Source: Cenarchaeum sp. | Lineage (GTDB): Archaea; Thermoproteota; Nitrososphaeria; Nitrososphaerales; Nitrosopumilaceae | Direction: 5' to 3' | NCBI GenBank assembly: GCA_965242695.1 | Contig: CBDESU010000002.1 | Coordinates: 64,001-128,000, forward strand | DNA length: 64,000 nucleotides | Shown here: one piece after another, positions 37,550 through 46,939 of the stretch | Position numbering within the stretch: position 1 is the first letter of the stretch | Layout: each line of letters starts with the position of its first letter | Translations under genes and position numbers: made by a program | The notes under the pieces: model-generated | Told to the model about the DNA's origin: nothing | The model's database searches: none | The model's input: the letters and a program-made list of their open reading frames with translations, nothing else

Positions 37550-38922
37550 CCCTGCCTCATCTCCAGCGGCGTAGACATAGGCATGCACCCGCCCTTGCCC
37601 ATTCGCAGCGCGCAGACACACCCCTGCTTGGCCAAGGGTGAGAGTGTGTGCGCCGTCAGGGTCGACATGTCGGCCATCACCATGCAAGCGCTAGGCTCAG
37701 TTATCCTAAAAAGCGTGTCCTTGAACAGGAACACTGCAAGGCTGGCCGCCATCGTAGTAAGCGATACGACGGACGGTGCATCATCGTCGTCAAGGCCCGC
37801 AACGTATCCCCTCTTTGCCCTAGCGCTTCTGTCTTCAGAGCCGAGCGATTCAGCCAATATTCGATCGGCGCTGATCACGCCGGCGCAGTACAGGCACGGC
37901 AAGGACGGGCTTACCAGATTGACCCTCACAGATCCCCCTGAAATCTTGCCGTTTCTCGAGTCGAGTCCAACTCCTACGTCTATGACAGGTATGAACATCT
38001 GGTGGGCCAGTTCGTTGAGCACGCTTCGTGGGCGGTGCTTGTCTGTACAGCTAAAGACCAAGTCGCACTCTTTGAGGAGTGTCAGTCCTTCCTGCGAGAC
38101 GACATCGACGTCTGCCTCCTCCACGGCAGATTCGGGCGATATTCGCCTTATGTGTGCCCCGACTATTTCAACTTTTGGGCTGCGCTTCGTCGTTGCATCC
38201 GTACCGTACATGCGCGTTCGGTTGCTCGGGGAGAATCGGTCGTGATCTACGAGTGTAAAGTGCCGCACCCCCTCCCGGGCAAGCTGCTCCGCCACCGCCG
38301 ATCCCGTGCCTCCCACGCCCACTATGCCAATCTTGATGCCTGACAAGACCCTCTGCCCGTCAAGTCCAAACGCGCGGATCTGCCGGTCGTACAGCCCTGC
38401 GTCGACCGGAACAGGCTTGGCGGATTGGCGGCCCAGGGGCTTGAACTGGACATGCCTATCGACGATCCTAAGCTGGCCGACGGGCTCGACGCGCTCGCCT
38501 ATCGTCCACGCCCTTCCGATCATGGTGTCGTGGCCGAGTAGTAGGCTCCCCATTGGCCTATCTCCCAAACACCGCCTTAGCGTCCCATATGATTCGACTT
38601 CGCCGGCCAAGTCCAACTGTGAGTAATCTAGTCCATTGCCGTGGAATGGGTGCGTATGCGACAGGATCAGAGTGACGCCATCGCACTCCGCCATCCTGAT
38701 GGCCTTGTTGAGGTAGAGCGGCGACATTTGTAAGTTGTGGGCGGTACGCTCATCGTAATCTTCGCGAGTGGGGATTACCATGTCGCGAACCGTAAAGTGG
38801 GTGCCCTCCTTGTTCTTGAAGAACCCAGCAGTAAGGATTATCGCCGACTCTTTGCTCATATCCTCCATAAGGCGCGATTTTAGCTCGTCCATCTGAGAGG
38901 ATGTCATCCGTATGGTGTTCAT
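37546..38922 (-). CDS. JAB/JAMM peptidase fused to ThiF/E1-like adenylyltransferase
   Basis: JAMM motif ES...HTHP...YSQLD. E1 motifs are LYDRQI, GVGGTGS, VDHD...SNRTR, PKV, CTD...R, CLYC and C-terminal CVC. Confidence 0.9.
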   Translation of the reverse strand: MNTIRMTSSQMDELKSRLMEDMSKESAIILTAGFFKNKEGTHFTVRDMVIPTREDYDERTAHNLQMSPLYLNKAIRMAECDGVTLILSHTHPFHGNGLDYSQLDLAGEVESYGTLRRCLGDRPMGSLLLGHDTMIGRAWTIGERVEPVGQLRIVDRHVQFKPLGRQSAKPVPVDAGLYDRQIRAFGLDGQRVLSGIKIGIVGVGGTGSAVAEQLAREGVRHFTLVDHDRFSPSNRTRMYGTDATTKRSPKVEIVGAHIRRISPESAVEEADVDVVSQEGLTLLKECDLVFSCTDKHRPRSVLNELAHQMFIPVIDVGVGLDSRNGKISGGSVRVNLVSPSLPCLYCAGVISADRILAESLGSEDRSARAKRGYVAGLDDDDAPSVVSLTTMAASLAVFLFKDTLFRITEPSACMVMADMSTLTAHTLSPLAKQGCVCALRMGKGGCMPMSTPLEMRQG

Positions 38923-38924
38923 GA

Positions 38925-39767
38925 CTATCGGTCCCTACTCAGCCTGTCGTTAACCACGTCAAGATACGTCAGAAGGTTGTCGTGTGCCGGATCCCACCCA
39001 CCGATGTGCCAGCTGAACGACTGCCACTCCCTTCCGTTCCGCGTTTCGGTTATCGCGCCGTCAGGCGGCCCGCCTTTGCGCGATATGGGAGGATCGAGCC
39101 AGAACATGTCGAGCGCAGCGTTGGGGTACGTGTCGTGCGCCATGATGAGCAGATCGGACGAGGTCCGGTCCCAGATGCCCTCGGGAATGGGATAGTCCTT
39201 GATCACGACGTATATCGCGTTGTCGACAGCCACCTCTACTTCAAAGCCCCTCGACTCCAGCTGGGCTATGTGATCCTGCAGCAGCGGAGGCACCCGTATC
39301 GCGGCCTGCGAGCCGAACGTGGCCGCGTTGACCGTACGAAAGCGCATCCCCAACACCAGCCTTATGATGTCGGCATCGGCCTTGGGCTCGTCATCGGCGC
39401 CGGCGGCCCTGCCGGGTTCGTCGACGAGTAGTATCAGCATATGGTGGATGGGAGCTCCCGCCATATCCTTGAGTTCCCTAGCCGTCATCTCCGGCTTCGA
39501 GGTCCTGTATTCTTTCCTGTTGATGGTTATTACGATGCCGCCGCCGGCCTCCGTGGCCGATCCGACCGGCTCGCCAGAGCCTCCCGGCGGCACTGTTCCC
39601 GCACCTCCGCCGATCGTCCCAGACGCCGTGGCCGGCCCAGCCCCGGGCCCCCGCCCCGCGCCATTGGCACCAAGCGACTCGCTACTCGTTAGCGTCCCAC
39701 TGTCAATCGCCTTGTCAACGGCCCGCCCCGCGCCATTGGCACCAAGCGACTCGCTACCCTGACTCAT
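38925..39767 (-). CDS. Multiubiquitin-type Ubl fused to Prok-E2_E-like E2 domain
   Basis: Beta-grasp ITINRKEY...MTARELKDMAG...IRLVLGMRFRT ending in ATFG. The E2-like part is YVVIKDYPIPEG, YPNAALDMFW, WQSFSWH and WDPAHDNLLTYL. Confidence 0.85.
   Translation of the reverse strand: MSQGSESLGANGAGRAVDKAIDSGTLTSSESLGANGAGRGPGAGPATASGTIGGGAGTVPPGGSGEPVGSATEAGGGIVITINRKEYRTSKPEMTARELKDMAGAPIHHMLILLVDEPGRAAGADDEPKADADIIRLVLGMRFRTVNAATFGSQAAIRVPPLLQDHIAQLESRGFEVEVAVDNAIYVVIKDYPIPEGIWDRTSSDLLIMAHDTYPNAALDMFWLDPPISRKGGPPDGAITETRNGREWQSFSWHIGGWDPAHDNLLTYLDVVNDRLSRDR
39651..39757. repeat. Direct repeat (2 x about 35 bp, SESLGANGAGR) in the N-terminus of the Ubl-E2 gene
   Basis: CCGCCCCGCGCCATTGGCACCAAGCGACTCGCTAC at about 39651 and 39723. 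Confidence 0.9.
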
Positions 39768-39791
39768 ACTCGCTAGGCGGCCCCGCGTTTC

Positions 39792-39800
39792 CATATAAAC
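39792..39800 (-). promoter_or_regulatory. TATA box for the Ubl operon (probably leaderless)
   Basis: GTTTATATG about 26 nt upstream of ATG 39767. Confidence 0.65.
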
Positions 39801-40025
39801 CTTGGTTGAGGCCAGTATGGCCGATCGATCACAGTGTATGGACAGTTCTTGCCGTCTGCAACTACATATCGAACGTCCACGCCATCGCGCGGCCCCAGGT
39901 CGAGCCGGCCGGCCCCTGCCGCGGCGCCCGCGTAGTGGACGCGTCGCCAGATCCGCCTGCCTGCGCGCTCCCTTGCCCCAGCGGACCAATGACGGTTTAA
40001 ATGGAAAACGCCGGCGCGCTCCCGC

Positions 40026-41051
40026 ATGATCGTCATCGACGAGGAGCGCATGCGCGAGATCATACGCGAGAGCTCGCCGGCGTCGGTGGCCCTCAACGGC
40101 CCCGAGGGGATGCTGCCGCAGGTGCAGCGCGCCGCCTCGTCCATATCCGACGAGTTCGGCATACCTGCGTACGTCCTCGGCGATGCCACATGGGGCGCGT
40201 GCGACCTGAACATGGCCGGCGCCCGCACCCTTGCCGCCGACATACTGTTCAACATCGGGCACACCGTCAGCACCGAGCAGGTCGGAAGGGGCGCGTACAT
40301 GATAAACGCCTACGACGACGTGCGGTTCGACGCGGTGGCCGCAAGGGCCGCGGCCCTCCTCGCCGGCCGGACGGTCTCGCTGCTCACCGACAGCCAGCAC
40401 CTGGACCAGGTCGATGCCGTCAGGGGCGCGCTCGAGGCCGGCGGCGCGTCCGTCGTCGTCGGCCAGGGAAGGGGTCAGCTCAACGACGGGCAGGTGTTCG
40501 GGTGCGAGTTCTATCCGGCCCTCGATGCGGCCGGGCAGGGCCCCCGCGGCGAAGAGGGGAAAAGGGCGGCAGACTGCAACGCCTTCATGGGCCAGAGCAC
40601 GTTCCACGCAGCCGGCGTGGCCCTGGCCACCGGCCTGCCCACGTACGTCCTCGACCCGTACTTTGGCGAGGTCCGCGACGTGACCGAGTTTGCCGCCGGC
40701 CTGCGCAAAAAGGCGACCCTTGCCGTGTACAAGGCAGCCGAGGCCGAGTCGTTCGGCGTCGTCGTCGGGCTCAGGGACGGGCAGATGTCCAAGACCGCCG
40801 GCCTGCGCGTAAAGAAGGAGCTGGAGGCGGCCGGCAAGAGGGTCCAGCTGATCGCGCTCACCGACATTACAAACGATGCGCTGCGGCGCTTTGCGGGGAT
40901 CGACGCGTTCGTCCAGTCTGCCTGCCCGCGCATCTCGACGGACAACCGCTTTGACGTGCCCGTCCTGTCCATCCCGCAGTCCAAGGCGCTCCTCAGGGTG
41001 CTGCGCGGCGAGGAGCCCGGCGAGTACCTGCTCGCGCCGCACTGGCTCTGA
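40026..41051 (+). CDS. dph2: Diphthamide biosynthesis enzyme Dph1/Dph2
   Basis: WGACD, NIGH, GQVFGC, FHAAGVAL and ACPRIS. Confidence 0.93.
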   Translation: MIVIDEERMREIIRESSPASVALNGPEGMLPQVQRAASSISDEFGIPAYVLGDATWGACDLNMAGARTLAADILFNIGHTVSTEQVGRGAYMINAYDDVRFDAVAARAAALLAGRTVSLLTDSQHLDQVDAVRGALEAGGASVVVGQGRGQLNDGQVFGCEFYPALDAAGQGPRGEEGKRAADCNAFMGQSTFHAAGVALATGLPTYVLDPYFGEVRDVTEFAAGLRKKATLAVYKAAEAESFGVVVGLRDGQMSKTAGLRVKKELEAAGKRVQLIALTDITNDALRRFAGIDAFVQSACPRISTDNRFDVPVLSIPQSKALLRVLRGEEPGEYLLAPHWL

Positions 41052-41069
41052 GCGCCGAGGCTGGGAGCC

Positions 41070-42161
41070 TCACGGCCGCATGATGATCTTGCCGAACAGC
41101 CCGCTGCCGCGCAGCATCCTGGCGTGCGCCTCGGCCGCGCGTTCCATCGGGTACACCGAGTCGACTACGGCGCGCAGGCGCCCTCGCGCCATCCATCGCA
41201 GGCCGCGCTCGAGCTCGGCGCGCGTGCCCTGCGTAGAGCCGAGCACGTTCAGGCCCTCGGAGATCAGGCGGCGCAGGTCGGTGCGCACCTCGTAGCCGGT
41301 CGTGGCCCCCGTCGTCACGACGGTGCCGCCGCGGCGCAGCAGGCGCAGCTCCCTGCCCCAGTGCGACCCGCCGATGTGCTCGTAGATGACGTCGATGCAT
41401 CCGCCGTCCCCGCCGCGCCCCCTCGACCGGGCCAGGCCGGACGCGATGCGGCGCACCTCCTCGTCCCAGCCGCCTGAGCGGTGGTCGACGGCATGGTCGG
41501 CGCCGATCTCTAGGCACCGGTCGAGCTTGCCGGGGCCCGCGGTCGCGATCACGTCGCACCCGTGCAGCTTTGCAATCTGCACGCCGAACATGCCCATGCC
41601 GGACCCGCCGCCCATCACCAGGACGGTCTGGCCCGGCCGCACGCCGGCGCGCCCGACGAGCATGTGCCAGGACGTGGTCATCGTCATCGAGGCGGCCGCG
41701 GCCTCGTCGTACCCGACCCCGTCGGGGATCGGGACTGCGTTGTGCTCGGGCAGGTGCGCAAGCTCGCAGTAGCCGCCCCACAGCGGCCCCGTCTGGAATC
41801 CCCACACGAGCCGCCTGCGGCAGTCGTACTCGCGGCCGGCCGTGCACATGCGGCACACGCGGCACGACAGGTTGCCGTGCGAGACGACGCGGTCGCCCGG
41901 CTTCAGCGCAGTCACCCCGGCGCCGACCTCGACGACGTCGCCGGCGGCATCGGTGCCCGACACGTGCGGCATCGGCACGCCAATCGGCTTGCCGCGCATC
42001 CCCCAGATGTCGTCGTGGTTCAGGGCGGCGGCGCGCACGCGGAAGACGACCTCGCCCGGGCGCGCCCGCGGCGGGTCGATGTCCCTCACCGACAGGATCG
42101 ACGCAAAGTCGTCGTCCTCGGCGTACCTGTCGTACACGAGGGCCCGCACGGGGCCGCGCAT
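41070..42161 (-). CDS. Zinc-binding alcohol dehydrogenase/MDR family
   Basis: ALNHDD, PHVSGTD, CRVCRMC...C and GGGSGMG. Confidence 0.92.
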   Translation of the reverse strand: MRGPVRALVYDRYAEDDDFASILSVRDIDPPRARPGEVVFRVRAAALNHDDIWGMRGKPIGVPMPHVSGTDAAGDVVEVGAGVTALKPGDRVVSHGNLSCRVCRMCTAGREYDCRRRLVWGFQTGPLWGGYCELAHLPEHNAVPIPDGVGYDEAAAASMTMTTSWHMLVGRAGVRPGQTVLVMGGGSGMGMFGVQIAKLHGCDVIATAGPGKLDRCLEIGADHAVDHRSGGWDEEVRRIASGLARSRGRGGDGGCIDVIYEHIGGSHWGRELRLLRRGGTVVTTGATTGYEVRTDLRRLISEGLNVLGSTQGTRAELERGLRWMARGRLRAVVDSVYPMERAAEAHARMLRGSGLFGKIIMRP

Positions 42162-42202
42162 GCCGCTAAACGGTTATAATTGAACCCGGCGCGGCGCGCG
42201 CC

Positions 42203-42766
42203 GTGCAGGAAGGGGGCCGCACCATACTGCCCGGCGAGGCGATCGCATCGATAGAGGAGTACGAGGCAGGGCCGAACACGTTCGACGACGGGGACAGGGT
42301 CAGGGCCGCGGCCGTCGGCACGGCCGAGGTGGACAGGGCCGAGAGGGTTGCAAGGGTGTCGACGCCGGTGCGGATGCACGTGCCCGACGTCGGCGACACC
42401 GTGGTCGGCACGGTCGCCATCGTCATGTCGGCGATGTTCGCCGTCGCCATCCGGTACGTCAACGGCAGGGCCGTCACGTCGAACGTAGAGTGCGTCTGCT
42501 CTACGCGCGACTCGCGCCGCCGCATGATCGCGCTCAACGGCGACGTCGTCGCGCTGCGCATACTCAGCCGCATCAACGGGACGATGCATGCGACGATCGA
42601 CGAGCCCGAGCTCGGCGTGCTGTTCACAAAGTGCCGCAAGTGCGGCATGGGCGTGATCACTGTCCGCGACGGCGTAAAGTGCGCCGAGTGCGGCTGGTTT
42701 GACGAGCGCAAGCTCTCGACGAACTTTGGCAGCGACCAGGCTGCCATCGGCGCGGCCGGTGCGTAG
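42203..42766 (+). CDS. csl4: Exosome RNA-binding protein Csl4
   Basis: LPGEAIASIEEY, S1-like domain, ELGVL and C-terminal CRKC...CAEC...ERKLS. Confidence 0.9.
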   Translation: MQEGGRTILPGEAIASIEEYEAGPNTFDDGDRVRAAAVGTAEVDRAERVARVSTPVRMHVPDVGDTVVGTVAIVMSAMFAVAIRYVNGRAVTSNVECVCSTRDSRRRMIALNGDVVALRILSRINGTMHATIDEPELGVLFTKCRKCGMGVITVRDGVKCAECGWFDERKLSTNFGSDQAAIGAAGA

Positions 42767-42767
42767 C

Positions 42768-43691
42768 ATGGCCCCCGGCGGCGCGGCCGTCCGCGCCGCG
42801 TTCCAGGGCGAGCCCGGCGCGTACAGCGACGGCGCCGCGGTGGCCTTCTTTGGCGGGCAGGATCGCGTCAGGACCGTCCCATGCCAGACCATGGCCGCGG
42901 CCGTGGGCAGCGCAGAGGCCGGCGAGGCCGACTGCGCCGTCGTGCCCGTGGAGAACTCGATAGAGGGCAGCGTCGGCGAGAGCAACGACCTGCTGCGCAC
43001 TACGGGGCTGCGCGCGTTCGGCGAGGCGTACCACCGGATCGAGCACTGCCTCATCGGGCACGGCGCCGTCGGCGACGTTCGCACCGTGTACTCGCACCCG
43101 CAGGCGCTCGGGCAGTGCCGCCGGTTCGTCGAGAAAATGGGCTGGTGCGCCGTCCCCGCGTACGACACGGCCGGCAGCGCAATGATGGTCGCCGGGATGG
43201 GCCCCGCCCGCACGGATGCCGCGTGCATCGCGAGCAGGCGCGCGGCCGAGGTGCACGGCGTGCCCGTCATTCGCACGGGGATAATGGACAGCGGCGACAA
43301 CTACACCAGGTTCCTCGTCCTCGGCAGGGCGGACGGGCCGGGCGGCGGGCCGGGCGGCGCGCTGGCCGATGCGCTGGCGGGCCGCGAGGGCGGGGCAGGG
43401 CGGGCCGCATCAAAGACCTCGATCGTCTTTTCCGTAAGGGACGAGCCGGGCGCGCTCGGCAGGATAGTCGGCGCGCTCGGCAGGCGCGGCATAAACATGA
43501 CGAGGATCGAGTCGAGGCCGACGCGCAGCGCCGCGTGGGAGTACAACTTTTTCATCGACTTTGAGGGCCGCGAGGGCGAGGCGGACGCCGATGCGGCCCT
43601 TGCCGAGGTCGGAAGGGATGCGCTGTTCCTCAGGGTCGTCGGGTCGTACCCAGCCGCTCCGGCGCCGGCATCGGGCCGCCGCGCATCCTAG
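42768..43691 (+). CDS. pheA: Prephenate dehydratase
   Basis: FQGEPGAYS, PVENSIEG, SHPQALGQC, NYTRF and ACT-domain ESRP. Confidence 0.95.
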   Translation: MAPGGAAVRAAFQGEPGAYSDGAAVAFFGGQDRVRTVPCQTMAAAVGSAEAGEADCAVVPVENSIEGSVGESNDLLRTTGLRAFGEAYHRIEHCLIGHGAVGDVRTVYSHPQALGQCRRFVEKMGWCAVPAYDTAGSAMMVAGMGPARTDAACIASRRAAEVHGVPVIRTGIMDSGDNYTRFLVLGRADGPGGGPGGALADALAGREGGAGRAASKTSIVFSVRDEPGALGRIVGALGRRGINMTRIESRPTRSAAWEYNFFIDFEGREGEADADAALAEVGRDALFLRVVGSYPAAPAPASGRRAS

Positions 43692-44155
43692 AACCCGCGC
43701 GGGTGGCGCAGGCTGAACGCGGCGCTGAACCCCATGATCACCACGCCCGAGATCATGACTAGCACGTGGTACGTAAAGTAGATCGGGTCGGTCGTCACCT
43801 GGGCGGCCCCCGCTATGACCATCTCCGAGGGGCCCGTGTTGCGCACGTGGACGATGCTCTCGCCGCTCTCCTCGTGCGTCCAGTCCAGGGAGGTGCGGTC
43901 CCGGTACGACGCGAGCGGCGCCTGCACGCCGGCCCCGGGGCTGCTCATCTCCAGCTCGAACAGGTCGGCCGTGACGGCAAGGTGCTGCCGCGCGCCAGCC
44001 TCGGCCGAGAACCTGTACGACGTCTGCTCGCCGGCGGCGAACGTCTCGTCGATGATGACCTCCTGGAGTCCGAGGTCGAGCAGGAACGAGGTCGCGCCGA
44101 TCGCGATTATGGCGGTGCCGGCGATCATGCCCACAAGGGTCTTGCCCGTGATCAC
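43688..44155 (-). CDS. Hypothetical membrane protein with two terminal transmembrane helices
   Basis: Hydrophobic N- and C-terminal segments flank a beta-rich domain. The GTG start is estimated. Confidence 0.7.
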   Translation of the reverse strand: MITGKTLVGMIAGTAIIAIGATSFLLDLGLQEVIIDETFAAGEQTSYRFSAEAGARQHLAVTADLFELEMSSPGAGVQAPLASYRDRTSLDWTHEESGESIVHVRNTGPSEMVIAGAAQVTTDPIYFTYHVLVMISGVVIMGFSAAFSLRHPRGF

Positions 44156-44222
44156 GGGGGCGGCGGCGGGGCGCCCCGATAAAAGTCGAGCGCTTCGGCG
44201 CCCCGGCCGGCGGCGGGGCGCC

Positions 44223-45692
44223 CTAGGCGACCGACACGTCGTGCGGCTGGCTCTCGGCAAAGCCGGCGCGCGACATCTTGACGAACTCGGCGCTCGCCTG
44301 CATCTGGGGTATGGTCCGCGCCCCGCAGTAGCTCAGGCCCGAGCGGATGCCGCCGGTCAGCTGCTTGAGTATGTCGACGACGCTGCCCTTGTGGGGAACC
44401 ATCGCCTCGACGCCCTCGGCGACGTAGTCGTTGAGGTCGCCGTCCCCGTCGCCGTCGTAGGCGGCCGAGGAGCCTCCCGCCGCGCCCGGCCCGCCGCCCT
44501 CCTTGGAGCGGCGGCCGAGCGAGGCGCCGAGCGAGGCCATTCCCCTGTACACCTTGAACCGCTTGCCGTTCTTTGTGAGGACCGAGCCGGGCGACTCGTC
44601 GGTCCCGCCGAGTATGCTGCCGGCCATGACCGACGAGGCGCCCGCCGCAAGGGCCTTTGTCGCATCGCCCGACGTGCGCGTGCCGCCGTCCGATATGACG
44701 GGAATGCCGCTGTCGCGCGCGGCCTCGGCGCAGTCGAGGACGGCCGTAAGCTGCGGCACGCCCGAGCCCGTCACGACGCGCGTTATGCAGATCGAGCCGG
44801 ACCCGACGCCGACCTTTACGGCGTCGACGCCGGCCCGTATCAGGTCCCGGGCCCCGTCCGCCGTGGCCACGTTGCCGGCGATGAGCTCGCAGTCCGGGAA
44901 CGCCCTCTTGATGTTGCGCACGGCGTTGATCGCGTTGCTGCTGTGGCCGTGCGCGATGTCGACGACGATGACGTCGGCTCCGGCGGCGAGCAGCGACTCG
45001 GTGCGCTCCATAAAGTCGCCCTTTACCCCGACGGCCGCGCCGACGAGCGGGCGGCCCTTTTTGTCCTTTGACGCGTCCGGGTACCGATCCACGTCGCGTA
45101 TGTCCTTGCCTGTGATCAGGCCCCGTATGGCGCCGGCGCCGTCCACTATGGGAAGCTTTTCGATGCGCTCCCTGTGCAGCACGGCCTTTGCGTCCTCTGG
45201 GGCGATGCCGGGCTTTTCCGTAATGACGCTCCTTGTCATGACGTCGCGGACCGGCGCATCCAGGCCCGGCGCGAACCGCATGTCCCTGCTCGTCAGTATC
45301 CCGACGAGCCGCGAGCCGGGCCCCGCCACGAGCAGGCCCGAGACGCCGCGCTCGGCGGCGTACGCGGCGGCCTCGCCGATGGTCTGGTCTGGGCCGACCG
45401 TGTAGGGGTTCTCGATTACGACGCTGCCCGACCTCTTTGCGCGCAGCACCTCGGCCGACTGGTCGGCGACCGTGAGGAAGCGGTGGACGATGCCGATGCC
45501 TCCGGCCCGGGCCATGGCGACTGCCATGGCAGACTCGGTCACGGTGTCCATGTTGGCGCTCACGAGCGGGATGCGCAGCGAGATGTTGCGCGACAGGCGC
45601 GTCCCCAGGTCGACCTGCGACCGGCTCGTAATGTCCGAGTAGCGCGGGACGAGCAGGACGTCGTCAAAGGTCAGGCCGTCGCGGAATTCCAT
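44223..45692 (-). CDS. guaB: IMP dehydrogenase
   Basis: [16 protein letters not shown], a CBS pair, GSGSICITR and AEGVE. Confidence 0.97.
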   Translation of the reverse strand: MEFRDGLTFDDVLLVPRYSDITSRSQVDLGTRLSRNISLRIPLVSANMDTVTESAMAVAMARAGGIGIVHRFLTVADQSAEVLRAKRSGSVVIENPYTVGPDQTIGEAAAYAAERGVSGLLVAGPGSRLVGILTSRDMRFAPGLDAPVRDVMTRSVITEKPGIAPEDAKAVLHRERIEKLPIVDGAGAIRGLITGKDIRDVDRYPDASKDKKGRPLVGAAVGVKGDFMERTESLLAAGADVIVVDIAHGHSSNAINAVRNIKRAFPDCELIAGNVATADGARDLIRAGVDAVKVGVGSGSICITRVVTGSGVPQLTAVLDCAEAARDSGIPVISDGGTRTSGDATKALAAGASSVMAGSILGGTDESPGSVLTKNGKRFKVYRGMASLGASLGRRSKEGGGPGAAGGSSAAYDGDGDGDLNDYVAEGVEAMVPHKGSVVDILKQLTGGIRSGLSYCGARTIPQMQASAEFVKMSRAGFAESQPHDVSVA

Positions 45693-45897
45693 GTGCCCTT
45701 TCGGGGCGCCGCAAAAATCGTAATAAGCCTTTGTCGGGCCGGCGGCGGGATCCGCGAGGGGCGGCCCGATGGGGCGCCGCGCAGGTCGTCCCCTCGCCCC
45801 CATGCCCCCGCCCGGCGGGGGCGGGCGGGCCAGGCGGCGGGGGCGGGCGGCTCCAGCCCGCCCGCCCCCCCCCCCACGGGCCTGCGCGCACGGCGTT

Positions 45898-46008
45898 GCT
45901 ACCCGGGACGGGCCAGGCGGCGGGGGCGGGCGGCCTCAAGCCCGCGTCCGAGAGCCCGACAGTCAAGGGACTACCCGGGACGGGCCAGGCGGCGGGGGCG
46001 GGCGGCCC
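45898..46008. repeat. Direct repeat of the folP 3' end (2 x about 37 bp)
   Basis: CTACCCGGGACGGGCCAGGCGGCGGGGGCGGGCGGCC at about 45899 and 45971, with a partial copy at about 45827. Confidence 0.85.
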
Positions 46009-46888
46009 TGCCCGATGCGGCCGAGGCCGCCGCGACCGCCGCGGCCGTGCCGGCCGCGCTGTGCGTGCGTATGACGTCGGCCCCGTTGAGGACGACGGCC
46101 GCCTCGCACGACAGCGAGCCGGCCGCGCGGCGGGAGGGGGCCGGGGCCCTGCCGCCCCGGCCCACCACGGCCCCTATGAACGACTTTGCCGAGGCCGAGA
46201 CGACGACCGGATAGCCGAACCGCAGGCGCCGCAGGTCCCGTACGATGGACAGGTCGCGCCGCGCCCAGGAACCGCGGGCCGCGCGGCCGCCCCGGCCCGT
46301 GCGCGTAAAGAGGCGCCCCCTGCCGGTCCCGCGGAAGAACCCGAGCGCCGGATCGACGGCGATCCTCGAGCGCGGCACCCCTGCATCCCTGGCGATCTCG
46401 ACGCTGCCCTCGAGGAGCGCGCGCGTCTCGCGCCAGCCGCCATCCTCGGCCCGCGACGCGTGGGCGCACACGACGACGGAGGCGCCGTGCCGGGCCGCCG
46501 CGCCGCGCAATTCGGGGTCGTACCGCAGGCCCGTCACGTCGTTGACTATGGATGCGCCGCGCTCAAGGGCCGCCTCGGCCGGCGCGGCGCGGCACGTGTC
46601 GACCGAGACGGGCAGGGACGTGGCCGAGCGGGCCGCCTCGGCTGCCATGGCCACGCGCGCGGCCTCTTCTTTCTCCGGGATCATCGTGTCGAGGTACGGC
46701 GCAGTCGACATGCCGCCGACGTCTATGATGTCGGCCCCCTCGCGCTGCATGCGGGCCGCGGCGGCTGCGACGGCCCGCCGCGTCGTCCTCACCGATGCGC
46801 CGTAGAACGACTCTGGGCTCGCGTTGATGATCCCCATTACAAGGACGGGGGCCGCCCCGCCCGCCCTCGCCCCGCCCAGATGCGCCAC
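45971..46888 (-). CDS. folP: Dihydropteroate synthase
   Basis: MGIINASPESF, IIDVGGMST, SVDT, NDVTG, SAKSFIG and IRTH. Confidence 0.93.
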   Translation of the reverse strand: MAHLGGARAGGAAPVLVMGIINASPESFYGASVRTTRRAVAAAAARMQREGADIIDVGGMSTAPYLDTMIPEKEEAARVAMAAEAARSATSLPVSVDTCRAAPAEAALERGASIVNDVTGLRYDPELRGAAARHGASVVVCAHASRAEDGGWRETRALLEGSVEIARDAGVPRSRIAVDPALGFFRGTGRGRLFTRTGRGGRAARGSWARRDLSIVRDLRRLRFGYPVVVSASAKSFIGAVVGRGGRAPAPSRRAAGSLSCEAAVVLNGADVIRTHSAAGTAAAVAAASAASGRAARPRRLARPG

Positions 46889-46939
46889 AGGTTTATCACA
46901 TGCGGGCCGGATTTGAACCGTGTGGCGCACGCGGCGGGG

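Noticed and set aside
37546-38922. Housekeeping UbaA/MoeB/ThiF for sulfur transfer, or CBASS Cap2/Cap3
   Set aside because: The JAB fusion and neighbouring Ubl-E2 do not fit cofactor biosynthesis, and no CD-NTase is in the operon.
32420-39900. Integrated mobile element or provirus around the tRNA
   Set aside because: I saw no integrase, no att duplication of the tRNA end and no structural genes, and core tiaS sits in the middle.
39768-41042. N-terminal extension of the 705-aa ORF 38925..41042
   Set aside because: It is antisense to dph2. The real Ubl-E2 gene starts at ATG 39767 behind a TATA box.
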